Assembly (NCBI GenBank): GCA_013360865.1
Contig: JABWAS010000003.1
Span: 681 to 64,680, forward strand
Reading direction: 5' to 3'
Source of the DNA: Candidatus Paceibacter sp.
GTDB lineage: Bacteria; Patescibacteriota; Minisyncoccia; UBA9983
DNA length: 64,000 nucleotides
Each line of letters starts with the position of its first letter. The first letter of the stretch is position 1. The notes under the pieces are model-generated. The model had not been told where the DNA came from and ran no database searches. It saw nothing but the letters and a program-made list of their open reading frames with translations. Positions 9,212 through 20,327 of the stretch are shown piece after piece. The position numbers were made by a program, and so were the translations under genes.

Positions 9212-9294
9212 TGCTGGGGAGAGGACTTGAACCTCCACGGGGTTTCCCCCACCAGCTTCTAAGGCTGGCGTGTCTGCCATTCCACCACCCCAGC
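9212..9294 (-). tRNA. tRNA-Leu(TAG)
   Basis: Anticodon arm CCAGC-CTTAGAA-GCTGG, long variable arm GGGGAAACCCC, T-loop TTCAAGT. Confidence 0.95.
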
Positions 9295-9306
9295 AAATAA
9301 ATATTA

Positions 9307-9379
9307 TGCCCTGTGAGGGATTCGAACCCCCGACCATCTCCTTAAGAGGGAGTTGCTCTACCAACTGAGCTAACAGGGC
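9307..9379 (-). tRNA. tRNA-Lys(CTT)
   Basis: GCCCTGTTAGCTCAGTTGGTAGAGC; CTCC-CTCTTAA-GGAG; GGTTCGAATCC; ACAGGGCA. Confidence 0.93.
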
Positions 9380-9427
9380 AAAATCCGCTATTAGAATAGC
9401 GGATTTTGGTTTTTAATCAAGTAAAAT

Positions 9428-10387
9428 TTATTGCAGCTTCGCCGCTTTCCTCGGCGGGAACCTGTCCAGATCTATGGTGCGGGGAAAACAAGATCTGCCT
9501 TCCTCGTGAATCCAGTTTTGGTTTATACCCAGGCCATCAACGGCAATAGGTATTCTCTTTGGTCCGTTAATATTCTCGTCTTTGTTGGAAGTTTTAAATT
9601 CGGCGCAAAGTTCAAATGACAAATTGCCCGTCGTTCGGTACTCATAGGGCAGACCGGTTTCCGGATCATTGGGCGGGATAAAGCCAGTGATGTCGTTTTT
9701 CAACTCGTCCAGATTTTGGGGCAATCTTCCTTTCGTCTGCCAGTAATCAACAACCTGCCATTGGATATTGGAGAGGTCGTCTACCCTCCTTTGGTCAAAC
9801 TGCCTTAATCTCTCCGATTGGGGCAAGCCCACGGTGTAAAAACCGAAGATGACGGCGATGCCACCCAACGCGACCATTGTCCTGATAAGCGCCTTCATTT
9901 TGGGATTGGACGAAGGCGCGGTCTCTTTTCTCAAAATCCAGCCGTAATAAAAGAAGGCGGCGATGGCGATAACCAACACAGTCATAATTTTCAGAAGGAA
10001 GGGCATTGTCAGACTGCCGTTTAAAAATTGATAAACTACCGTGACGAAGTCGCCGGCCATGGTTATTATCGCCACAAAAAGAGTGAAGTACAGCAGCCAC
10101 TTTCTGATTTTAAGAGTCTTTTTTTCCGGATTAGCGGCAAGGTCTTTCTGGATAAATGACGATATCCATACGTAGAAAGGGAAAGCGATGGCCAGAACCG
10201 AAAGCGGCCACCTTAAGTTAGCCCTTATCCCTCCGGCGGTAATATGTCTCAACGGGTCGGGAAAATAAAAATCAACAAAGTTGAATACGACTATGCTGAA
10301 GAATACGACGCAGACGTAAAACGATATGATAGCCAAAAGGTTCAAGAACACGTCCTTCGGCCCTGTTTTTTTGATTTCTTCGTTCAT
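9428..10387 (-). CDS. Multi-pass membrane protein, DUF5671-like
   Basis: PKDVFLNLL, IRKWLLYFTLF, RFDQRRVDDL, P.DPETG.PYEY, FELCAEF pattern; start at ATG 10387 because the ORF-track extension overlaps tRNA-Leu. Confidence 0.75.
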   Translation of the reverse strand: MNEEIKKTGPKDVFLNLLAIISFYVCVVFFSIVVFNFVDFYFPDPLRHITAGGIRANLRWPLSVLAIAFPFYVWISSFIQKDLAANPEKKTLKIRKWLLYFTLFVAIITMAGDFVTVVYQFLNGSLTMPFLLKIMTVLVIAIAAFFYYGWILRKETAPSSNPKMKALIRTMVALGGIAVIFGFYTVGLPQSERLRQFDQRRVDDLSNIQWQVVDYWQTKGRLPQNLDELKNDITGFIPPNDPETGLPYEYRTTGNLSFELCAEFKTSNKDENINGPKRIPIAVDGLGINQNWIHEEGRSCFPRTIDLDRFPPRKAAKLQ

Positions 10388-10430
10388 AAAAATGATTATA
10401 GCATAATTTATAAAGTTCGTTCCGAACAAT

Positions 10431-10511
10431 TGCCGGTGGTGGGACTCGAACCCACATCCCTTTCGGGACACGATTTTAAGTCGTGCGTGTATACCATTCC
10501 ACCACACCGGC
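10431..10511 (-). tRNA. tRNA-Leu(TAA)
   Basis: CACGA-CTTAAAA-TCGTG, variable arm TCCCGAAAGGGA, GGTTCGAGTCC. Confidence 0.95.
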
Positions 10512-10517
10512 ATCCAA

Positions 10518-10589
10518 AGGCGCGGGCGGGAATCGAACCCGCGTATGGCGGTTTTGCAGACCGCAGCGTTACCACTTCGCCACCGCGCC
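10518..10589 (-). tRNA. tRNA-Cys(GCA)
   Basis: GGCGCGG acceptor, GCGGT-CTGCAAA-ACCGC, U73 discriminator. Confidence 0.95.
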
Positions 10590-10591
10590 GT

Positions 10592-10942
10592 TTACTTTAA
10601 AATATTTTCTATCTTTGTTTCCAGCTTCAATCCTTTGTCTATCTCAAAAGACACCTCCGGCAGGTTTTGCAGTCTTGTTTCCGCTTTCAGAAATTTTCTC
10701 AAATCTTTTCTTTTTCTGTTTAAAAGGTCAACAATTTCTTTTTCTTTCTTTTCCGGAAAAACGCTTATCAAAACCCGCACGTAGTCGGTGCTCGCGGACA
10801 AAATAACCTTGGTCGCCGTCACCAGCGCCTCCGGGTCCACTTCAAATCTTATAAAAGAGCCGGCCACCTCGCGCAGCAAAGACGCCAACCTCTTTTTTTT
10901 CTTTATTTTTGCGCTATCCATCACTGCTGTATTTTGCAACAT
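10592..10942 (-). CDS. rbfA: Ribosome-binding factor A (alternative start 10921)
   Basis: LLREVAGSFI, VTATKVILS, RVLISVFP, RLQNLPEVSFEID: RbfA KH-type pattern and size. Confidence 0.8.
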   Translation of the reverse strand: MLQNTAVMDSAKIKKKKRLASLLREVAGSFIRFEVDPEALVTATKVILSASTDYVRVLISVFPEKKEKEIVDLLNRKRKDLRKFLKAETRLQNLPEVSFEIDKGLKLETKIENILK

Positions 10943-10950
10943 TAAAAGCC

Positions 10951-12501
10951 TTATTTCAAGGCCAAGCTCTCCCCCCTCATTTCCGCCGGTTTTTCAATCC
11001 CCATTATCTCCAGAATTGTCGGGGCGATATCAGCCAGTTTACCCGTCCGCGAGGAGGGTTTACCCGCCGACACGGAGGGCTTGTCCGAGTTTTTAAGCTT
11101 TATATTTTTGGCGGCAATTATAAGCGGCACACGGCTTTCCGTGTGGGCCGTGTGCGGACTGCCGGTTTTATCGTCAAACATTTTTTCGGCGTTGCCGTGG
11201 TCGGCCGTCACAATCAAAACATATCCGAATTTTTTCACCGCTTCAAAAATCCGGCCGATGCTTCCATCCACTGCTTCAACCGCCCTGACAGTTGCTTCAA
11301 CCTTTCCGGAATGGCCCACCATGTCCAGATTGGCAAAGTTGGCCAGAATAAAATCATATTTGCCGCCGGCGGACTTTTCTACCACGGCGTCGGCGATTTC
11401 TTCGGCTTTCATCTCCGGCGCCAGGTCATGAGTGGCGACTTTGTTGGATGGGATAAGCAGACGGTCTTCGCCCGCGTACGGATATTCCCTGCCTCCGTTG
11501 AAAAAGTAAGTGGCATGGGCGAATTTTTCCGTCTCCGCAACATGAAACTGCTTCAGGTTGTTTTTGGATAAAACTTCCGCCAGATTTTCTTCAATCACTC
11601 CGCCGGAAAAAAGCGCCGTTTTAGCCATAGACGAATCATATTCGGTCATTGTCAGATAAGTGAAATCTTCGGCGTGGCATTCCTCGTTGAATTTTTGGGC
11701 CAGCTGTCTGGCCCGGTCGGAGCGGAAGTTGAAGAATATCATCACGTCATGGTCCATGATTTCGCAAGTTCTGCCAGCTGGCGTCGGGAAAACACACGGC
11801 TTGATAAATTCATCGGTTACGCCGGACTCATAATTCTTTCTTATGGCTTCCGCCGGGGAATCGTACTTTTCTCCTTCCCCTTTAGTTATGGCGTTAAAAG
11901 CGCATTGCGTCCTGTCCCAATTATTATCTCTGTCCATAGCGTAATAACGGCCGGAGAGCGAGGCCACGCAGGCCATGCCTGATTCTTTGCAAACTGACTC
12001 CAACTCGGCCACATATTTTTCGGCACTTTGCGGCGGAGTGTCCCGCCCGTCGGTAAAAGCGTGGATAAAAACTCTCGGCACTCCCGACTTTTTGGCCAAA
12101 TCAATCAAGGCGTAGAGATGTCTGATATGGGAATGCACCCCGCCCGGCGAAACAAGTCCCTTTATGTGAACAGTGGAATTAAATTTTTTCGCTTTCTCAA
12201 AAGCCGCGGCAAGAAGAGGATTTTTCTCCAGTATTTTTTCTTCAACCGCCTTGTTTATTTTTTCTAAGTCCTGATACACCACTCTGCCGGCTCCGATGTT
12301 CATGTGCCCCACTTCGCTGTTGCCCATCTGCCCTTCTGGCAAACCGACAGCCTTGCCCGACGCTTCCAGCTCGCAATGAGGAAAGTTGTTCCAAAGGTAA
12401 TTAAAGTTCGGCGTCTTGGCTTGGGCGATGGCGTTGTATTTTTTGTCATCCGACAATCCCCACCCGTCCAGAATCAAAAGAATTACTTTTTTGTGATTCA
12501 T
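10951..12501 (-). CDS. gpmI: 2,3-bisphosphoglycerate-independent phosphoglycerate mutase
   Basis: LILDGWG, VGLPEGQMGNSEVGH, GRYYAMDRD, NFRSDRARQ, AETEK, DMVGH, TADHGNAE. Confidence 0.97.
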   Translation of the reverse strand: MNHKKVILLILDGWGLSDDKKYNAIAQAKTPNFNYLWNNFPHCELEASGKAVGLPEGQMGNSEVGHMNIGAGRVVYQDLEKINKAVEEKILEKNPLLAAAFEKAKKFNSTVHIKGLVSPGGVHSHIRHLYALIDLAKKSGVPRVFIHAFTDGRDTPPQSAEKYVAELESVCKESGMACVASLSGRYYAMDRDNNWDRTQCAFNAITKGEGEKYDSPAEAIRKNYESGVTDEFIKPCVFPTPAGRTCEIMDHDVMIFFNFRSDRARQLAQKFNEECHAEDFTYLTMTEYDSSMAKTALFSGGVIEENLAEVLSKNNLKQFHVAETEKFAHATYFFNGGREYPYAGEDRLLIPSNKVATHDLAPEMKAEEIADAVVEKSAGGKYDFILANFANLDMVGHSGKVEATVRAVEAVDGSIGRIFEAVKKFGYVLIVTADHGNAEKMFDDKTGSPHTAHTESRVPLIIAAKNIKLKNSDKPSVSAGKPSSRTGKLADIAPTILEIMGIEKPAEMRGESLALK

Positions 12502-12529
12502 TGGTTTAATTTTACTCAAAGTTAACAAA

Positions 12530-14044
<1,515 letters not shown>

Positions 14045-14096
14045 TTAACATCTTAATTTAAAGATTCCTGAATTTTTTTCTGAAAGGAGAAGAAAA

Positions 14097-15425
14097 ATGA
14101 GCATTTGGTGGAAGTTTTACCTGAAGAGAATTTTTCTGTTGGTTGCAAGTTTGGCTGTAATTGGTTTGATTACCCTGCTGGTTATGGGGGGTTTCTCAAA
14201 AATAGCGGATTACGCGTACCATCTCGTCGCCTGGATTTTGCAGCGGCTTACTGATCCAAATTGGAACTGGGACTGGAAACATTGGACAGTGTTTGGTTTA
14301 TCTTTGGGTATATTGTTGTTTGTTTATCTCCTTGCTTTTTTGCTGGGGCAAAGCAAAACAATAATTACAATGCCTAAGGAAGGAGAAATTGAGTTGGCGG
14401 TAAGAGGAGAAAGCTTCTTAAAAATCATACCCAATATAAAAGGGTATGGGACAAAAGAAGATGAAATAGAGGCGGACATAGGGGGCAAAATAATAAAAAT
14501 AAAAACACCCCAAATCTGTCCAACCGAAGAAGGAGGAAAACCGCCTAGAAAATTTCTCGGACTTGCGCTTGTAGGGCTGTTTATACCTTTTGATAAGATT
14601 CTTCGTTATGACTTTAGTTGGGATAAGGCCATCTCAAAAGCAACAGCCGATGAAGAAAAGAAAAAAGGCGCCAGCGTTGAGGAAACTTCTTTTGGCGACT
14701 TGTGGCTGTCCCACAGGACGGAAAAAGTGTCTTCTTTATATTTTAGGTACACTTACCCGATAATAGTAAGGAACATTGAACTTGCGGGCAGGTATCCTAT
14801 TGATATCTACTTTAACGTTACGGTTGAGGCGGTTTATCCCATCATCCCGGTGTTTTACCTTAAAGGTAGGTGGTTTACCGTGCTAAGTTCCAAGTTTGGA
14901 GGCGTAATAAGCGATCTTCTAAGGGGTAAGGAGCTGAAAACTTTTGAAGAAATGGAAAAAGAAGATTTCTTCAACGGAAAGGTTAAAGAAGAAAATAATA
15001 TTTTTCTCAAAGCAACGGGGATGAAAATATTCCATGCCGCTTACAGAGATTACCAACCGTCTGGAACTTTAGAAGAAAAAACAGCAGCTTCCGCGGAAAA
15101 AGTGGCCAAACTTAGAGCTGATGCTAGGAAACAAGAAGCAGAAGGAGAAGGAGCCGCGCTGGAACGGGAAGGCGTAGCAAAAGCAAAAAATCTTGAACGA
15201 CTACTTGAACAAGCCAGCAAACACCCTCTCGGTGGACAAATCCTGATAGAACAATTTCGAAAGGAAGGGTTGGAGGGTTTTAGCGGCAATTTCCTAAGTC
15301 TGGGTCAAGCTCAACCCGCCGCTCCCATGATCGGAGTAGACGCAGGCGGCACAGGCGGTAAAAACAAAAAAACAGGAAAAAAGAAGCAAGAACCAGAAGA
15401 ACCAAAAGAAGAAGAGGAAGAATAG
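14097..15425 (+). CDS. Membrane protein, divergent SPFH/band-7-like
   Basis: N-terminal TM helices; C-terminal TGMKIF..Y.DYQP and AKLRADARKQEAEGEGAALEREGVAKA coiled coil typical of SPFH; SD AAAGGAG. Confidence 0.55.
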   Translation: MSIWWKFYLKRIFLLVASLAVIGLITLLVMGGFSKIADYAYHLVAWILQRLTDPNWNWDWKHWTVFGLSLGILLFVYLLAFLLGQSKTIITMPKEGEIELAVRGESFLKIIPNIKGYGTKEDEIEADIGGKIIKIKTPQICPTEEGGKPPRKFLGLALVGLFIPFDKILRYDFSWDKAISKATADEEKKKGASVEETSFGDLWLSHRTEKVSSLYFRYTYPIIVRNIELAGRYPIDIYFNVTVEAVYPIIPVFYLKGRWFTVLSSKFGGVISDLLRGKELKTFEEMEKEDFFNGKVKEENNIFLKATGMKIFHAAYRDYQPSGTLEEKTAASAEKVAKLRADARKQEAEGEGAALEREGVAKAKNLERLLEQASKHPLGGQILIEQFRKEGLEGFSGNFLSLGQAQPAAPMIGVDAGGTGGKNKKTGKKKQEPEEPKEEEEE

Positions 15426-15441
15426 AAAGGAGGAATAACAA

Positions 15442-16287
15442 ATGGACAAAATGATATGGGGATTGGCAATAGTTTTTGGCGTAATCGCTTTTATTTCTTT
15501 TTTGCTGTGGCAAAAGTCAAGCGGCTACAAAATAAGCATGAAGGGGTATCTGCCCAAATACCCTGGGACATGGAAAATAATAGGGTTAATTTTCGCCGGT
15601 GGAGCGGCATATGGGATATATTTGATTGTTTGCAGTTATATCCCGCCCCAGAGCGAGCGGTTGTTTAAGCAGGTGGTTGAAAAACAAAAGGCGCAAGAAA
15701 TTGCGCCACTGCTTAAAGAGTTGCAGGATATCACAGAAGGAACAAGTACCGCTTCGGGCGTCGGAAAGGCGAAAGGGATTAAGGATGAAATTGAAGTCAT
15801 TGAGAAAAAGTACGACAAGATATTGGATCCGGAATCCGCAAAAGAAACTCCTCCTCCCCGTGTTTATGTGGAATGGGTTTTAGAGATTAAGGCGACCTCC
15901 GCCCTCATAGAAAGTTATGAGAGGCAAAAGCCATTAATTCAGAGGCCCGTGGCCTCAATAATATGGGACAAAAACAAAATGTCCCTAAAATACCTCGCGA
16001 AGAGCGACGGCAAGGAGCGAGAAATTATTCTGGAGAGGGATGTTCCGGAACAATTTTTTGCCGGGTATTATTGGAATAGCGATACCCGGAAAAATTCCGT
16101 CTTGTGGCTGAAAGAGCCCCAGGGCGGTGTCGCAAATAAATTTGAATCTTACGACCAGATAAAAAAAGAAAAGGTCGTAAGAGAAACGATTTTCACCGGT
16201 TGGATGTCAAAAAACAGCCGGGGCGATACGATGGATGCGGAAGTATCCATCATCAAGCAAACAACAACGGCAGCTAGCAAAAACTAG
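15442..16287 (+). CDS. Hypothetical membrane-anchored protein
   Basis: Two N-terminal hydrophobic segments, SD AAGGAGG, co-oriented with the SPFH-like gene. Confidence 0.7.
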   Translation: MDKMIWGLAIVFGVIAFISFLLWQKSSGYKISMKGYLPKYPGTWKIIGLIFAGGAAYGIYLIVCSYIPPQSERLFKQVVEKQKAQEIAPLLKELQDITEGTSTASGVGKAKGIKDEIEVIEKKYDKILDPESAKETPPPRVYVEWVLEIKATSALIESYERQKPLIQRPVASIIWDKNKMSLKYLAKSDGKEREIILERDVPEQFFAGYYWNSDTRKNSVLWLKEPQGGVANKFESYDQIKKEKVVRETIFTGWMSKNSRGDTMDAEVSIIKQTTTAASKN

Positions 16288-16300
16288 CTGCCGCTTTTTT
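16268..16300 (+). terminator. Intrinsic terminator
   Basis: CGGCAGCTAG-caaaaa-CTAGCTGCCG then CTTTTTT. Confidence 0.75.
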
Positions 16301-16319
16301 ATGCCGATAATTCAGAAAT

Positions 16320-16790
16320 TTATTCTAAATCTATCCCCCCGCCCTTACTGCTCGCGTTTCCTCCCTGCAAAACGCTGTCATAAAGATACGGCACGTCCGG
16401 CGGGCTGTCGTCCAAGTCAAAAGTATTTACCAAAATATTAACTATCCCCCAGAAGCTTATCATTACGAACAGGCCAATGACGCCGAACGTCATCATTTTG
16501 CCCGCCTCTTTCCTTTTATCCTCGTCGCCGCCGGAAGTGATGTATTTTAAAATGCCGATAAGAAAATAAACGACGGCCAGGGCGACAATCAAAACAACGA
16601 CAATATCCAAAATGTCCAAAATTATGTAAAGCAAATCCCACAAACCTCCGCCGCCTCCTCTTCCGGTGTATCTTGTGCTTACATCAACGTCGTAATCTAT
16701 GAGGTTGTCCTGCGCCAAAGCAAAAACGGGCAGGAAGTAAACGACTACGGCTAATAATTTTTTAAGATAATTTTTTATTATTCTCCTCAT
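16320..16790 (-). CDS. VirB2/TrbC-like pilin
   Basis: Signal-like N-terminus, then TM-GGDEDKRKEAGK-TM (GVIGLFVMISFWGIV). Confidence 0.75.
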   Translation of the reverse strand: MRRIIKNYLKKLLAVVVYFLPVFALAQDNLIDYDVDVSTRYTGRGGGGGLWDLLYIILDILDIVVVLIVALAVVYFLIGILKYITSGGDEDKRKEAGKMMTFGVIGLFVMISFWGIVNILVNTFDLDDSPPDVPYLYDSVLQGGNASSKGGGIDLE

Positions 16791-16796
16791 AATACG

Positions 16797-16845
16797 GCAT
16801 CAAGGTTCCTACTTGATAGTTGCTATAAAGGAGGAACCTTGATGC
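16797..16845. repeat. REP-like nested double palindrome A
   Basis: GCATCAAGG-ttcct-ACTTGA tagttgcta TAAAGG-aggaa-CCTTGATGC. Confidence 0.8.
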
Positions 16846-16866
16846 AACCAGACATTCAGCCCAATC

Positions 16867-17130
16867 TTAATAAATTGATTCAATGTCCCACCAGAAATCA
16901 GACAAAATATTGATTATGCCGTAAGCGGAAATCATCACGAACATCCCGATCACTCCGTATATCATATGTCTCTTGCCCTTGCTTCTTACGTCCTCGTTTT
17001 CCGCGCCAAGAATATACTCTGTTATGCCGTAAATGAACATAACCGTAGCCACGGCAAACATAAAGCCGATTATCGGGTTTAGGATAAGGTGCTTTACGTT
17101 GTTTATCAGCTTTACGGTTTCAGCGCTCAT
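16867..17130 (-). CDS. Small pilin-like membrane protein
   Basis: ILNPII, TM, ENEDVRSKGKRHMIYGVIGMFVMISAYGII. Confidence 0.75.
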   Translation of the reverse strand: MSAETVKLINNVKHLILNPIIGFMFAVATVMFIYGITEYILGAENEDVRSKGKRHMIYGVIGMFVMISAYGIINILSDFWWDIESIY

Positions 17131-17131
17131 T

Positions 17132-17476
17132 TTATATCTGTGGCAGAACGTCTATATCCGGCAAGTCGTTGTCCAGATTAAAAGTTCCTTCCAGAATATT
17201 GACCAATCCCCAGACACTGACCATCACGAACAAGCCGATGATGGCGTAGATGATGAGATTGTGGTAATTCTTCCTCTTTTCTTCGTCTTCTCCGGCTCTT
17301 ATGTAACCGATAATAGCTATCAACAAGATAATGACGGCGATAGCGATTATCAAAGGAACGATTTTGTTCAATATGTCGCCGGTAAGATCAATAAGATCGT
17401 CTAAGCTGGAAACGGCTCCGGCCGCCAAAGGAAGACCGAGCAGTCCGAAAGTTAAAACCTTTTTAACTAAATTCAT
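17132..17476 (-). CDS. VirB2/TrbC-like pilin
   Basis: PLAAGA cleavage-like site, TM-AGEDEEKRK-TM (IIGLFVMVSVWGLV); paralog of 16320-16790. Confidence 0.75.
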   Translation of the reverse strand: MNLVKKVLTFGLLGLPLAAGAVSSLDDLIDLTGDILNKIVPLIIAIAVIILLIAIIGYIRAGEDEEKRKNYHNLIIYAIIGLFVMVSVWGLVNILEGTFNLDNDLPDIDVLPQI

Positions 17477-17529
17477 AAATTAATTTTTAAATATTTTTGG
17501 TCGACCAAAATTTTCTAATAATAATTCTG

Positions 17530-17578
17530 ACATCAAGGTTTCTCCTTGATAGCTGCTATCAAGGAGAAACCTTGATGT
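17530..17578. repeat. REP-like nested double palindrome B
   Basis: ACATCAAGG-tttct-CCTTGA tagctgcta TCAAGG-agaaa-CCTTGATGT. Confidence 0.85.
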
Positions 17579-17617
17579 TCTATAATAATAAACCATTATT
17601 TCAAAAACAGCTACAGT

Positions 17618-17995
17618 TCAAAGCGCCTTGACTGTGGATTGCAAAACTTCCGTTATGACCCAGGCTCCCACCAGTATACCTGTTCCTATTATCGCCCAAA
17701 GCAGACCTTTTTTGGCGTCGGTTAAGGCTTTCTCGTCGCCTCTGGCCATTACCATTCTTAATCCGGAATAAATTATAAACACTACCGCTATGGGTATGCC
17801 TATTTCTATGGCCAAAGTGGAGATTGTTTTAACTAAGTCGCTGAAAGAACTGGAAGTCAGCGGGTTGCAAAGAACGCTTGTTTCCGAACCGGAGTAGAAC
17901 TCGCAATCCGAGGAATTTTGGGCGCGGGCGGACAGAAAAAAATTAAAATAATTGAATGTCGCCGCTACGATTATGAATATTTTCTTTTTTAGCAT
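17618..17995 (-). CDS. VirB2/TrbC-like pilin
   Basis: LCNPL, IIYSGLRMVMARGDEKALTDAKKGLLWAIIG. Confidence 0.8.
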   Translation of the reverse strand: MLKKKIFIIVAATFNYFNFFLSARAQNSSDCEFYSGSETSVLCNPLTSSSFSDLVKTISTLAIEIGIPIAVVFIIYSGLRMVMARGDEKALTDAKKGLLWAIIGTGILVGAWVITEVLQSTVKAL

Positions 17996-18025
17996 ATAAA
18001 GTTTGTTTTTAAATGTAATTTAGCT

Positions 18026-18451
18026 TTAATCGTCGCCTTCGCAACCGGGGAAGGCGTACCACGATTCGGAAAAATCTTTGTCCGCCAGAGCCCCCAAAAC
18101 AGTGTTTACCATAACCCACGCCGCGAAGGTTATAAAAAGACCGACCACGGCGGCCCAAACAGCGTTGGTGCCGGATGACTTTTTCTTCTCGTTGCCCCCG
18201 GAAGTTATAAGCATTATGCCACCATAAATAAGAATTATCGCGCCCAGCGGAGCGGCGATGGTGAACGCGGCGAAATTAACCACGTTGGAAACAAGTTCAA
18301 ATATGTCGCAGATCTTGCAATCAAGGCCGTCGCAGGGAATAATGTCCGATTTTTCCTGGGCGAAAGCGGGAACGCTTAAAAAGAGATTGGCCGCCATAAA
18401 AACCGTTCCGATTATCGCCGCTTTTAAAATTTTTGTTTTCCTTTTTATCAT
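18026..18451 (-). CDS. VirB2/TrbC-like pilin (Cys-containing)
   Basis: IIPCDGLDCKICD, IYGGIMLITSGGNEKK, WAAVVGL. Confidence 0.8.
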   Translation of the reverse strand: MIKRKTKILKAAIIGTVFMAANLFLSVPAFAQEKSDIIPCDGLDCKICDIFELVSNVVNFAAFTIAAPLGAIILIYGGIMLITSGGNEKKKSSGTNAVWAAVVGLFITFAAWVMVNTVLGALADKDFSESWYAFPGCEGDD

Positions 18452-18463
18452 TTTTTAGATTAG

Positions 18464-19783
18464 TTAAGGTTTCTTCAGCAGCTGGTCAATTTTTCTCTTT
18501 GCCGTCAGAACAGCTTCGGAAACGGTGGCCCGGCCCGAGGCCGCCGACTCCGCCATATCTTTGAAAACCAGATAGGTCGCCTGGGCGTCCGGGTCAATCC
18601 AGGCGCGGGTCATCACTGCCGCCTTGTTTATCAGGGAAAAGTAGGCGTCGGAGCTCCTTTCGGCCAAAACGTCTCTTCTGGGGGAAGCCAGTCCGGCGGC
18701 CTGGGAAAACCTCTTGGAATTCGCTCCGGAGGTCATAGTGGCGATGGCCGAGAAAGCAGCCTGCTTTTTCGGGGAATTTTTCAGAATCGCCAGTCCGTAA
18801 ATTCTGCCGAAATCCAGCTTACTCCTTGCGTCTTTAAGCTGCGGAACCTCGGCAATGTCAAAATCAAGATGGGGATTTTTGGCTCGAAGTCCCGGCGCTT
18901 CGCCGGCAAAGCCGAAATACATTGCCAATGATCCGCGGGCGAACATCGCGTCCGATTTGGGCAGAGCCTTGTTCCAGGAATAACTGTTTTTGGATGGATT
19001 GGAAAATTCATTGAAGAACCGTACCGAGGCTTCCGCCGGGCTCACTTGTTTTCCACCGCCATCCAACGCCGCTCTCAAGTTACCTCTTGAGTCAGCTTTT
19101 ACTATCGGCTCGCCCGCCTGCAGCATAAGCAGAGACATTATGTCCTTCGCATTGCGAACGTTAGTAAATTCTCCCAGCGCCGCGCCGGACACCTCCACGT
19201 TGCCGGCCTCGTTTTTCTCGGTAAAGATTCCGGAATATTGGGCGAACTCGTCCCAGTTTTTGGGCGGCTGGCTGATGCCGGCGGAAGAAAACATTTCTTT
19301 GTTCCAGTAAAGAATCATCGGGTCAACGAGAAACGGGACGGCCGTTATGCCGCCGCCGCTTTTATCCATATAAATTTCCGCGCCGTCAATGAAGTTGTCC
19401 AAAAAACTCCTTTCCGGATAATTGACGAACGGCACCGTGTAAATTCTTTCTTTGTTTTCCAGAACCATATCCTGGCTTACAATCCAGAAGTCCGGCCCGC
19501 GGCCGGAAGCCAGCGCTTCTATCGTTTCGCTTTCGTAGGTCGCCGGATTTTTTTCCTCGTATTTTATGTTGAAAAAATCTTTGTTTTCTTTGTTTATCGC
19601 CGAGACGACCGGCCAGATTTTTTCCTGGGGCAAAGTTCCCCACATCACCAGATTGGCGGCCGGGCCCCGCTTGTTTTTATTTTTGTAGCCGGGCAGGAAC
19701 CCGCCGAAGATCATCACTGCCAGAACCGCGCCTAAAATGAGGACGCCCGTGACCGCTATGGGGAAAAAGCTAATTTTTTTCAT
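18464..19783 (-). CDS. Extracellular solute-binding protein (family 1, sugar-type)
   Basis: LVMWG, ALASGRGPD, LYWNKEMF, PPKNWDEF, FARGSLAMY. Confidence 0.85.
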   Translation of the reverse strand: MKKISFFPIAVTGVLILGAVLAVMIFGGFLPGYKNKNKRGPAANLVMWGTLPQEKIWPVVSAINKENKDFFNIKYEEKNPATYESETIEALASGRGPDFWIVSQDMVLENKERIYTVPFVNYPERSFLDNFIDGAEIYMDKSGGGITAVPFLVDPMILYWNKEMFSSAGISQPPKNWDEFAQYSGIFTEKNEAGNVEVSGAALGEFTNVRNAKDIMSLLMLQAGEPIVKADSRGNLRAALDGGGKQVSPAEASVRFFNEFSNPSKNSYSWNKALPKSDAMFARGSLAMYFGFAGEAPGLRAKNPHLDFDIAEVPQLKDARSKLDFGRIYGLAILKNSPKKQAAFSAIATMTSGANSKRFSQAAGLASPRRDVLAERSSDAYFSLINKAAVMTRAWIDPDAQATYLVFKDMAESAASGRATVSEAVLTAKRKIDQLLKKP

Positions 19784-19787
19784 CGCT

Positions 19788-20318
19788 TTATTGTTTTCTG
19801 AATATTAGCCCGTAATGATTGCTCCCGGCCGGAAATTCTCTTTCTTCCGTAAAACCTTCCTGGGTGAAAATTCTTTCCGCCTCTTTTTGCGCGACAACCG
19901 CCGAGGGCGCCGGGCCAAGCCCACCCGTTCCGGACTCGCTCCAGTCTATGACGGCGGCTCTGCCTCCGCTTTTCAAAACGCGGCTCGCTTCCCTGGCCAG
20001 GCCGATTTTATCCCGAAGCTGGAACAGAATGTTGGAAATGACGAGGAAATCAACGGCGCCGCTGGCCAGCCTTGATCCTTCCGGTCCTTCCAAATCGGCC
20101 CAGACTATTTCCACGTTTGTCAGGTTGTTTTTGCCCGCCTCCGTTTTAATTTTCTCCAAAAGATTTTTCTGGATGTCCACCGCGTAAACCGTTCCCGTGT
20201 TGCCGATTCTTCTGGCCGTTTCCAAAACGTAATGGCCGGAGCCGCTGCCGAAATCGGCCACCGTCATCCCCCGCCTCAACTCAAAATTTTTTATTATTTC
20301 CGAAGGATTGAGGAACAT
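19788..20318 (-). CDS. Class I SAM-dependent methyltransferase
   Basis: VADFGSGSG motif I, VYAVDIQ, RVLKSGG. Confidence 0.9.
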   Translation of the reverse strand: MFLNPSEIIKNFELRRGMTVADFGSGSGHYVLETARRIGNTGTVYAVDIQKNLLEKIKTEAGKNNLTNVEIVWADLEGPEGSRLASGAVDFLVISNILFQLRDKIGLAREASRVLKSGGRAAVIDWSESGTGGLGPAPSAVVAQKEAERIFTQEGFTEEREFPAGSNHYGLIFRKQ

Positions 20319-20327
20319 AAAATTAGT

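Noticed and set aside
8836-9364. 64-aa and 76-aa ORFs over the tRNA cluster
   Set aside because: They overlap the tRNA-Gly element and tRNA-Leu/tRNA-Lys, so they are shadows of RNA genes and repeats.
10388-10513. N-terminal extension of the 361-aa ORF
   Set aside because: It overlaps tRNA-Leu(TAA); ATG 10387 has a TATAAT just upstream.
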